From Pseudomonadota bacterium (lineage in GTDB: Bacteria > Pseudomonadota > Gammaproteobacteria > JAADHS01), in NCBI GenBank assembly GCA_021821045.1, contig JAKACW010000020.1:4487-68486 (forward strand): a stretch of DNA of 64,000 bases, in the 5' to 3' direction. The notes beneath the pieces were generated by a model. It searched no databases, was not told the origin of the DNA, and was given only the letters and a program-made list of their open reading frames with translations. Every line of letters begins with the position of its first letter. Positions within the stretch are counted from its first letter, which is position 1. The position numbers and the translations under genes are program-made. Of this stretch, positions 1-7,371 are shown piece by piece.

Positions 1-27
1 ATCCCATGGCACCCCGTGCCGTAGAAT

Positions 28-423
28 TTACTTGACTGCTAAATTGCCGAACTGAACCCAGTTGATTGTCGCGACTTTCTTGCCGGGAGCGATGATGTGC
101 TCAATCGTGATGGGCTTGTCGCTGACGTAGGCTTGGCGCAGCGTTTCCGTTATGGCCTGTTTCGCTGGATCGGGGTCGTGCATCGGCATCACATATACCG
201 TGTCCGGCTGCGAGTCGACTTGCACCATGACTTCCGCTTCGACTTTTTCCCCGTTCACCAATACCTCGATGCCCTTCTGTTGGACTCGAAACATGGTGAC
301 TTTCCCGGAAACTTGCACGCCATGACCATGGGGCGCGGTCAGGGCTGGCGTATCTGCCAATGCCGCCGCCGCAAGTAAAATGCTTCCCGATACGATCCCT
401 GCGAACTGCAATGGTCTGTTCAT
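28..423 (-). CDS. exported hypothetical protein (131 aa)
   Basis: Complete ORF with an N-terminal signal peptide (IVSGSILLAAAALA). No family recognised. Confidence 0.55.
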   Translation of the reverse strand: MNRPLQFAGIVSGSILLAAAALADTPALTAPHGHGVQVSGKVTMFRVQQKGIEVLVNGEKVEAEVMVQVDSQPDTVYVMPMHDPDPAKQAITETLRQAYVSDKPITIEHIIAPGKKVATINWVQFGNLAVK

Positions 424-637
424 TTAAGCCTCTCCGCTACTGTGGTTGTAATAATGACTCGATTGCTATTGTTGCGGGCGATAACCTTCTGTGTGCGGCC
501 CGCGAGCAAAAGATACCATGCATCGGAAAATTTAACAGTAACCGGGATCTTCAAGTAACTGCGCATGTCTCGCTGCAGGGGAAGTCAATTCTTATCCACA
601 GACCCGATCAATACCGGCAGGAACGCTGGTCCTACAT

Positions 638-2566
638 TTAGTCTCGGTCTTGTGGCGTTGAGGGAGGTGCTTTTTGCAGCGCCGCGTCATAGATTTGTGC
701 CATAACGAACTGCGCCTCCGTTTTATAGTTCGTTAGGCGTCCCTTGTACGCTTGGAGGCGTTCGAGGGCTAGTTCGCGCAAGGTATTTTCTTGGGCCTTT
801 TGCGCTTCTTCCAGTTCCCGCAATAGACGTTCGATGCGGGTTTTCCCGTTCTCGATGCGCGTCGCGAAAGAGCCGAACTCGGCCGGAGCACGTTCTTGAG
901 CGGCGAGCAGCCGGTCGCGCAGCATTGCCGTCGTTGCCATCTGTTCTCGCGTTTCTTTCAGTTGCTTTTTCACGACCCGCAAACGGGGCTTGAAATCTTG
1001 CCCGAGATTCCACGTCAACACGCCATTGACCACCCGATGCCGTTCACGGTATTCGGCCGCCAGGTCGGGATCGAGCAGATCTTGTATGCCGTTCAGGCGT
1101 TCCTGAATGCTTTCTAGACGCGTGATCTGCATCTTTTCCTGCTCGTTAGCAACCCCGAACGGGCTGTTCTCCCTCTCGATGGCGGCAACCTCTTCGGAAA
1201 GCGAATTGAACCGCTTTTGCAGCGCCTGCATTGGCAACGCGCTGAACTTTGTCTGAATCACAGGGAGCTTTTTCTCATAGACCTTGCGCCGCAAGGCCAG
1301 GATCTCCTCATATGCGGCGATATTCTCGCGCCAGTTGAGCAAATGGTCCTGAAAAAATCGCAGATCGCGATACGTCTTGAGGGCCTCGTTAAATGCATGG
1401 CTGGCCAACAATTGAGTGATGAAGTGGTGACGCAGCGGATCGGGGATTGCATTGGGTCGCAGCAGCCAGTCCAGTTCGTCAACCACTTTGTCTTCGCTCA
1501 ACATGCGGTCCAAGAGATTGACCTCTTTGATCTCGGCGACCGTGCGGTCCAGCGCGCCGATTTCTTCGTTGATCATTTCAAGTGCTTCTTCATAGCCGGA
1601 GAGGGCCTGGGCGTAGGACTTTAGTTTGAAGAAAGTCTGGGGGATGGCGATCTTCGCTTCCAGCACGGCTGCGCCTCGGCTCGAGCGCTGGGCGAGCTCC
1701 TGCCAATAACTCAGTGCATCTTCGAGGCGGTTCTGAGCATAAAGCGCCTGGGCCATACCGAACAGCGCCTCGTTGGAATAGGGGCCGCGCAACCGCGCCC
1801 GCGCCAACGCCGCCTCGGCTGCGCCGGCATTGCCGGCCCGCAGCAAGGCGAATCCGATGGCCAGATTGGCCTTGTCTTTCAAGGCTAACAGTTCGCGCTC
1901 GGTGGTATTCAACGTGGCGAGCTGCGTGAGCGTTGCCACGCCGTCCTCGAGGCGTCCGAGGCGAATGAGCGCAACGCCAAGGTTAAAGCGTCCATAGGCG
2001 GCCCAAACGGATTTGCTGCTGAGCAATTGCAGGGTCTTGACCGCTTCCTCATACTGCTTGTCGGCGAGGTAGATGCTCGCCAACAGCAGAATTCGCCGCT
2101 CTTGGTACTCCGGGGGGAACGGCTCCTTGATGCTCAGCAAAGCGCGTTGAGCCTGCGCCAAGCGACCGCGTTGATAGAACAGCTCACCCAGATGAAACCA
2201 AGCATGATTACGCACCATGGGCGTTGCGACTTGATCGATGATCTCCTGAAAAATCCTCTCCGCCTCGTCGAACATGCCGTAGGACAAGTACAAGCCGCCC
2301 AGCAATAGTCGTGCTTCGGGCCCGTGATGATGGAGTTGTCCCTTTTCTTGCGCGACGAGCAATCGCGTGGCGCTGGAGAAGTATTTGCCTTGGAAAAAGT
2401 AGAACAGGGATTCGCCGAACTGCAGGTCTTGGATCTCTTCGATCGCCGCGAGGCCGGTTTCGTCGGCGTGCACGGGAATTGCGGCCGATAGCGCCAGCAG
2501 GCAGCCGGCGGTGGCCGCGCACAGTCGACGATTCAGCCGCGTCGTGGACATTGCCCTACCACTCAC
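638..2566 (-). CDS. exported TPR-repeat protein with C-terminal coiled coil
   Basis: 642-aa ORF with a signal peptide (CLLALSAAIPVHA), many TPR-like helical repeats and a charged coiled-coil C-terminus. It overlaps the upstream ORF by 11 nt, which fits an operon. Alternative start at M6 (2551). Confidence 0.8.
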   Translation of the reverse strand: MSGRAMSTTRLNRRLCAATAGCLLALSAAIPVHADETGLAAIEEIQDLQFGESLFYFFQGKYFSSATRLLVAQEKGQLHHHGPEARLLLGGLYLSYGMFDEAERIFQEIIDQVATPMVRNHAWFHLGELFYQRGRLAQAQRALLSIKEPFPPEYQERRILLLASIYLADKQYEEAVKTLQLLSSKSVWAAYGRFNLGVALIRLGRLEDGVATLTQLATLNTTERELLALKDKANLAIGFALLRAGNAGAAEAALARARLRGPYSNEALFGMAQALYAQNRLEDALSYWQELAQRSSRGAAVLEAKIAIPQTFFKLKSYAQALSGYEEALEMINEEIGALDRTVAEIKEVNLLDRMLSEDKVVDELDWLLRPNAIPDPLRHHFITQLLASHAFNEALKTYRDLRFFQDHLLNWRENIAAYEEILALRRKVYEKKLPVIQTKFSALPMQALQKRFNSLSEEVAAIERENSPFGVANEQEKMQITRLESIQERLNGIQDLLDPDLAAEYRERHRVVNGVLTWNLGQDFKPRLRVVKKQLKETREQMATTAMLRDRLLAAQERAPAEFGSFATRIENGKTRIERLLRELEEAQKAQENTLRELALERLQAYKGRLTNYKTEAQFVMAQIYDAALQKAPPSTPQDRD

Positions 2567-3116
2567 GGGTGGCGAATTCGGGTTGCTGCTTCTGGGTGTT
2601 GCCGATGATTTTCAGCTCGACGTATTTCGGATCCGATCCCTTGTCGACGACCAAGCTGGTGCCCCGTTTGAAATCGCGACCGTGTGGGCCCTTGCCGGTA
2701 AAAAAAGCGACGAGTTCATTCTTTCCGGTGCGCACGTTGCCCATATAAAGCCGCTGCACGCCCCCGCGTCGCAGAGCATCAAGTTCGCGTTCCGTGTAGA
2801 GGTAGTGGGCCACGGTTTTGTCATTAACCTTCAATTCCACCGAATCCAGCCCGAACAGCTCTCCCGTGTCCATGGACAAAAAAACGACCAATTCGGTGCT
2901 GGGCGGATAAAGTAACTCTTCCTCAAGGATGAACAGATCGCGGTTGAGGTCGAGCACGTCCTTTTTCAGATTCTGTGCCCGCTGGTCGACCGTTTCCGGC
3001 AGCATGGACGACACATCATCGACGCCTTGGGCGAAAGCGATCACCGGCGCCGCGAGCAAGACCAGAACAAGATGTTTCAGACGTCTAATGCGTGTTTTCA
3101 GCATGGTCAGTACCAT
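2556..3116 (-). CDS. periplasmic hypothetical protein (186 aa)
   Basis: ORF with a signal peptide (LVLVLLAAPVIAFA). It overlaps both neighbours by about 10 nt, suggesting translational coupling. No family recognised. Confidence 0.7.
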   Translation of the reverse strand: MVLTMLKTRIRRLKHLVLVLLAAPVIAFAQGVDDVSSMLPETVDQRAQNLKKDVLDLNRDLFILEEELLYPPSTELVVFLSMDTGELFGLDSVELKVNDKTVAHYLYTERELDALRRGGVQRLYMGNVRTGKNELVAFFTGKGPHGRDFKRGTSLVVDKGSDPKYVELKIIGNTQKQQPEFATREW

Positions 3117-4222
3117 AGGATGAATGACAGTTGGAGCAAGTAGGCGTCGAAAGCGTAGAGCTGTCCCGATCGCACATCCGTGAAATTGTCGTAGTCATAG
3201 TCGAAGTAGTCGTAACTGACGGTTACCGTTCCCTTGTTTACGTTACGTTGTGATCCCGGCTTGAGCAATTCATAGCTCACTTTAGCCCCCAGCGCGTAAC
3301 TTGTGAACTGGCTCAACTCTTTGTCGCGACTCATGTAGTTGAGTTCGGTGCTGAAGTTATCGCTATAGAACGACGCATCCGACTGGGTATAAGCCTGGAC
3401 GCGCCACTGGGCCAGCAGGCGGTCGCCGATACGTTGGTTGAGCGCCGCTTCCAGGGTGTGGCCGCCAATGTCCCAGTCGTCGCGATAGAAACGATAACCG
3501 AGCTGCAGGCCAAAATGTTGCGATAGGCGTCGCAAGCCTTGAAGGCGTAGGGCGTGACTGGCATGGGTGTCGGGGTAGCGCTCCGGTACGCTGGCGCCCA
3601 AAACACGCGCCGAGCGGTAGGGATTTGCCAATGCGCCATGATCGATGATCGCTTCATAGTCGAATTGGGCGATCCACTGCGGCGTGACCAGTTGCCTGAC
3701 GCCGACGCGATACAGGTGACGGTCGACATCGCCTCTGAAGTCCGTATCGACCCGTGTTTTTTCCTCCCAACCGCGGCCGTAGCCCAGGTGCAACGTGCCA
3801 GTCCCGCCGTTTATGTCTTGCCAGAGGTGAACGTCGAGATGCGTTGCGTCGTAGTCGTCTTCCGATGCAGTGATGGCCGTGACGTTGATGAGCGTGTCGT
3901 TGATCGTATAGTCGCCGGCGAGGGACAAGCGGTCGCGCCGGTCATCGTAGGGGCTGGCCGTGGTGATCACGTCGATGGAGGCGCTGCTGATGATGTCGGC
4001 GCTGTACTCGCCCGCGAAGGACCAGCTCTGGGCGACGGACTTGCGCACGAGAATCGCCGGGCTGCTCACGTCGACGCCGCCGCCGCTGTAGGTCGAATAA
4101 GCGCCCTCGGTGCGATCGGCGGGAAGGGCGGCGGCCTGGCAAAGGCCGGCGACAAAGCACAACGCCAAACCGCTGTGCCGAGATCCGTGGTGGATACGAG
4201 ATCTAGTCGCAGCCACAGCCAT
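3107..4222 (-). CDS. DUF3570-like outer-membrane beta-barrel protein
   Basis: The sequence shows alternating beta-strand patterns rich in Y/D/S/G and a C-terminal aromatic residue (LSFILWY). It sits directly downstream of a DUF4266-type lipoprotein gene, the usual partner of DUF3570. The start is uncertain: ATG at 4222 or GTG at 4252. Confidence 0.7.
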   Translation of the reverse strand: MAVAATRSRIHHGSRHSGLALCFVAGLCQAAALPADRTEGAYSTYSGGGVDVSSPAILVRKSVAQSWSFAGEYSADIISSASIDVITTASPYDDRRDRLSLAGDYTINDTLINVTAITASEDDYDATHLDVHLWQDINGGTGTLHLGYGRGWEEKTRVDTDFRGDVDRHLYRVGVRQLVTPQWIAQFDYEAIIDHGALANPYRSARVLGASVPERYPDTHASHALRLQGLRRLSQHFGLQLGYRFYRDDWDIGGHTLEAALNQRIGDRLLAQWRVQAYTQSDASFYSDNFSTELNYMSRDKELSQFTSYALGAKVSYELLKPGSQRNVNKGTVTVSYDYFDYDYDNFTDVRSGQLYAFDAYLLQLSFILWY

Positions 4223-4481
4223 CTCCGGGCAGCCCGACGGCACCGCGCGCACCTTGATGCACCGCGATTGCGACTTCGCGCTGGCGGTCCACCAGCGAAT
4301 GGTCCTGCGCGTTTAATAGCGGGTCGTTGAGCGCGTCGCGTTCGTAGGGCTTGACCCACGGGTTCGCCGCGCATCCGGCGGATAGCATGGCCCAGCCCAT
4401 AATTGTGCTGGCGAAGAGGATGGCCGTGAACCAATGGGCGTGGCGCTGCCATGGCGGCGACTGAATCGGCGCGTTAGGCAT
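4203..4481 (-). CDS. DUF4266-like small lipoprotein
   Basis: It has a lipobox (MLSAGC), then NPWVKPYERDAL, and a C-terminal GDGCGCD. This matches the family signature I recall (C-terminal GGCGC-type motif). The track ORF extends to 4535, but that extension runs through a REP unit at 4492-4511. Confidence 0.7.
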   Translation of the reverse strand: MPNAPIQSPPWQRHAHWFTAILFASTIMGWAMLSAGCAANPWVKPYERDALNDPLLNAQDHSLVDRQREVAIAVHQGARGAVGLPGDGCGCD

Positions 4482-4491
4482 GGTTCGTTGC

Positions 4492-4511
4492 ATCGCGAGC
4501 ATGCTTGCTCC
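4492..4511. repeat. REP-like unit, loop variant C (ATCGCGAGCATGCTTGCTCC)
   Basis: Same conserved flanks as the other REP units (GGAGCG...CGCGAT), with a GCGAGC-AT-GCTYGC palindromic core. Two further copies lie at 6791-6808 and 13216-13241. Confidence 0.7.
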
Positions 4512-4531
4512 TGCGTTGTCTGGTGCGCGAT

Positions 4532-5020
4532 TCATTGATTCAACAACTGCTTGATGATTTCGTCATACTTCTTTTCCTGTCCCGGCTTGTAGCCCTTGTA
4601 TTCGAATTGCACCATACCGTCGCGATCGATGATGTAGGTTTGGGGAAGGTCGTCCGGTTGGTACAACCCGCTGGCGGTTTTGCGCGTGTCGAACAGAGTG
4701 GGGAACTCGATGTCGAGCCGTCGAATGGCGTTGCGCGCCGCGGCTTCGTCGTTGTCGAGGTTGACGCCCAAGACCTGCAATCCCTGGGCATGATAGCGTT
4801 CATGCAAATCCTGCAGCGCGGGCAATTCCTGAGCGCAGGGCCCGCACCAGCTGCCCCAGAAATTCAGCAGAATGACGTCGCCGCGAAACTCATGCAAACG
4901 CAGGTTGACGCCCGCGGCGCTTTTCAGGGTGAAGTCCGGCGCCACGACGCCGATTTGAAGGGCGTTTGCCGGCGCTGCGGTGAGAGAGAGCAGCAGAACC
5001 AACCATAGCTTTGCATTCAT
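4532..5020 (-). CDS. TlpA-family periplasmic thiol:disulfide oxidoreductase
   Basis: Contains WCGPC in a thioredoxin/AhpC-TSA-like context (FTLKS...VILLNFWGSWCGPCAQELP) and a signal peptide beginning MNAKLWLVLLLSL. The true ATG is at 5020. The 50 upstream codons in the track are translated REP repeats. Confidence 0.88.
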   Translation of the reverse strand: MNAKLWLVLLLSLTAAPANALQIGVVAPDFTLKSAAGVNLRLHEFRGDVILLNFWGSWCGPCAQELPALQDLHERYHAQGLQVLGVNLDNDEAAARNAIRRLDIEFPTLFDTRKTASGLYQPDDLPQTYIIDRDGMVQFEYKGYKPGQEKKYDEIIKQLLNQ

Positions 5021-5065
5021 CGTCCTTGTTCTCCCTGTGTTGGCGTTGCCGCGCTTCGGTATAAA

Positions 5066-5252
5066 AATCGCGGAATGATCCGCTCCCACAACCGAGGTCC
5101 AGTCCCGCTGTGGGAGCGGTTTCCTACCGCGATTCTTCGCCGCGTCAATCGCGGAATGATCTGCTCCCACAATAGAGGCTCAGTCCTGTTGTGGGAGCGG
5201 TTTCCTACCGCGATTCTTCGCTGCGTCAATCGCGGAATGATCCGCTCCCACA
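5066..5252. repeat. REP-like array: five units in alternating orientation, 81-nt period
   Basis: AATCGCGGAATGATCCGCTCCCACA occurs at 5066, 5147 and 5228. It alternates with the inverted variant GTGGGAGCGGTTTCCTACCGCGATT at about 5110 and 5191. Confidence 0.92.
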
Positions 5253-5271
5253 TCCGTCACGCCGCGGCCTC

Positions 5272-6036
5272 CTAAAAGAAAATCGTCAATCCCGTTTGTA
5301 AAGCCAAATTGTGCGTCGTCTTGCTGCGGCCCACGATGTCCGTATCGAAAACATGGTCGCGAAAGTCCACCCGGACGGCGAACCAGTCATTGCCCAGGAT
5401 GCGTACGCCGATGCCGTAGTTGATGGTGAAATACCCCTCGTCGGCCACGTCGGTGTTGCCCAGGCCGCCGATCACGTAAACTTGCGCGGTGTACGCCGTT
5501 TTGCGGCCCAAAAATAATTCTCCGGGCAACAAATTGAAGCCGACGCTCAGGTTGTAGTAACTGAGAGTTTGGTCTTCCTCGGGAAACAGACTGAGGCCGA
5601 TGCTGCGGAAAGTGGTGTCCGAGACTTCCGCCAAGGCGAAAACGCCTTCGAAGAAAATGTCTTCCGTGACGTGATAGGCCGCCTGTGTCCCGTACTGAAC
5701 CTCGGTGCCGAAATCTTCCAGGCTGTAGAGGCCGATGAAGGCGCCGACTTCGAAATCTTCCGTGTCGATTTTCGGCAGCTTTTCCGGGAGGCGGCTGACC
5801 TCGGGTTGGATGATTTGTTCGTCTTCGCCGGGCGGCTCATCGGGGACGGGTTGTTGTGCGAGGCAGAGAGGGGGCGTTAGGATCCCGCACGCCACGCTAA
5901 ACAGAATATGTCGCAACGCTCGCCCTTGTGCGAGCGGTTTTCGCTGTGCATGGATGTGCGACAGCGTATGTCTCGCGATACTAAAAAACAAACGAAAAGC
6001 CCCCCGTAATTTCGTCGTATTCCCGCGCGCGGCCAT
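5272..6036 (-). CDS. outer-membrane beta-barrel protein (OMP_b-brl-like)
   Basis: Has an acidic linker followed by amphipathic beta-strands, ending in TGLTIFF. The ATG at 6036 overlaps the upstream gene by 56 nt. An in-frame TTG at 5916 would give a cleaner signal peptide (RHILFSVACGILTPPLCLA). Confidence 0.7.
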   Translation of the reverse strand: MAARGNTTKLRGAFRLFFSIARHTLSHIHAQRKPLAQGRALRHILFSVACGILTPPLCLAQQPVPDEPPGEDEQIIQPEVSRLPEKLPKIDTEDFEVGAFIGLYSLEDFGTEVQYGTQAAYHVTEDIFFEGVFALAEVSDTTFRSIGLSLFPEEDQTLSYYNLSVGFNLLPGELFLGRKTAYTAQVYVIGGLGNTDVADEGYFTINYGIGVRILGNDWFAVRVDFRDHVFDTDIVGRSKTTHNLALQTGLTIFF

Positions 6037-6763
6037 CGTCCACTAGGATAACAAAATTGCGATAGTCCACGCGCAGCATGAAGCGTTCAGTTAGATGAGC
6101 GTAAAGCCCCAATCCGACAATGCCGGCCAGCGAGTTGCTGGCTTGCGGGTCGACCAAGGTTTTTCGCGGCGTGTCGCGGAACTGACCCGCGCCGAGGGAC
6201 AGCAGCGGAACGAATAAACCCTTGCGTGCCGGAAGGGCGACCAGATGCAGGGAATACGCTTGGGTGCTGGTGTACGTGCCGGAGACTTGCGAAACATTCA
6301 ATTCACTCTGCAAGTGCTCGTTGAAGGCATAGTTGGCGCGGAACGTCATCACGGTTTGACCTTCCATGTCTCCCCCTGCCACACCGAAGACCAGTCGGTC
6401 GCGCAGAAAATGATCCACCAAAACGTCGCGAAATTCGGTTTCGCTGCCGGCCTCGGTGAGTGTCAGCTCCATTTCCTGGCGGGTGGCCCAGCCCTGGAGG
6501 CCGTCTTCCGTGACAATCTGAAACCAGTCGGTGCGGCGTTTGAGCACGGTGATCCACCCGCCGCGTTTGACGACATGGAAGACGGGATAGCCGCGTCCAG
6601 GTCCGGAGTGTATTTCCAAATAGGGCTCCGCGACTTGGACTCTAGGGGTGGCGGGTTTTTCGGCAACAGCAACCATGCTCCAACACGCCGAAAAGGCGAT
6701 CCAAGCAACGCAGAGAACGACACGGGCGGCGCGCTGTAGCAGCGGCCACGGCCGCGAATTCAT
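5981..6763 (-). CDS. SH3b-domain / outer-membrane beta-barrel fusion protein
   Basis: Has a signal peptide (VVLCVAWIAFSACWSMVAVA) and a bacterial SH3-like segment (YLEIHSGPGRGYPVFHVVKRGGWITVLKRRTDWFQIVTEDGLQGWA). A beta-barrel follows, ending in GGFSFVF. Alternative starts are at 6832 and 6853, but a REP unit lies at 6791-6808. Confidence 0.7.
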   Translation of the reverse strand: MNSRPWPLLQRAARVVLCVAWIAFSACWSMVAVAEKPATPRVQVAEPYLEIHSGPGRGYPVFHVVKRGGWITVLKRRTDWFQIVTEDGLQGWATRQEMELTLTEAGSETEFRDVLVDHFLRDRLVFGVAGGDMEGQTVMTFRANYAFNEHLQSELNVSQVSGTYTSTQAYSLHLVALPARKGLFVPLLSLGAGQFRDTPRKTLVDPQASNSLAGIVGLGLYAHLTERFMLRVDYRNFVILVDDGRAREYDEITGGFSFVF

Positions 6764-6790
6764 CCCGAGTTCGCGCGCGGATTGTGTTTT

Positions 6791-6808
6791 CGCGAGCATG
6801 CTCGCTCC
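6791..6808. repeat. REP-like unit, loop variant C
   Basis: CGCGAGCATGCTCGCTCC, a perfect GCGAGC-AT-GCTCGC palindrome. Same family as the units at 4492 and 13216. Confidence 0.65.
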
Positions 6809-6828
6809 TTCATCTGCGCGCAAGACAC

Positions 6829-7371
6829 TCATGGGACGGGGTCCGCTAAGCAACGCCGCGATGCATCGTTGGGAAAGTGGTCCAATTGCGGGCAGGATTC
6901 CGTGGTGCTCGCTTGGGGATTGGAAATCCAGTAATACAACTCTTGATAGTGATGGTCATTGGGATCGGCGAAAATGTCGCCGCCGGAATGGCTGCCGACG
7001 ATGGAAGGCGAGCCCGCTAAAGGTTCCAGCAGGATCTTGCTCATGGCCGGGTCGCCGACGTTGACGAACGCCTTGGCGGAAATGAAGTTCGCCGTCATTT
7101 CGAGGCTGCCGCCCGCGGCGCGCGGAAACAATTTGAAGGTGCCGCCGGCGCCGTTGTCCACATTGTGGCAGCCTTCGCCCGCGCAAGTGACGGTGAGCCC
7201 CGTGGCGGACGCGGCGAACGGCTCGGTGAGCACGCTGTCGACGCAGGCCTCGTAATATTCCTGGCACACCGTCGCGCCAGTGGTGACCGGCTCGACGGTG
7301 ACTTCGTTGCAGCCGCTCAGCAGCGCGGCGGCCAGGAGCGAGTGTCCAATCGAAGTCTTATTGAGGCGCAT
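6829..7371 (-). CDS. hypothetical lipoprotein with a CX4CH motif
   Basis: Has a lipobox (LLAAALLSGC) when started at M35 (7371), which overlaps the upstream stop by 14 nt. CAGEGCH is encoded at 7165-7185. No family recognised. Confidence 0.65.
   Translation of the reverse strand: MRLNKTSIGHSLLAAALLSGCNEVTVEPVTTGATVCQEYYEACVDSVLTEPFAASATGLTVTCAGEGCHNVDNGAGGTFKLFPRAAGGSLEMTANFISAKAFVNVGDPAMSKILLEPLAGSPSIVGSHSGGDIFADPNDHHYQELYYWISNPQASTTESCPQLDHFPNDASRRCLADPVP

Noticed and set aside
5021-5170. 50-codon N-terminal extension of the TlpA-like ORF in the track (MGADHSAIDAAKNRGRKPLPQRD...).
   Set aside because: The extension is a translated REP array, giving the same GADHSAI/WERFPTAI strings as other intergenic repeats. 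A normal signal peptide starts at the ATG at 5020.
5066-5252. Regularly spaced 81-nt repeat array considered as a possible CRISPR.
   Set aside because: The units alternate in orientation and the 'spacers' are themselves repeated. The same units are scattered singly across the window, and no cas genes are present. This is REP-type behaviour.
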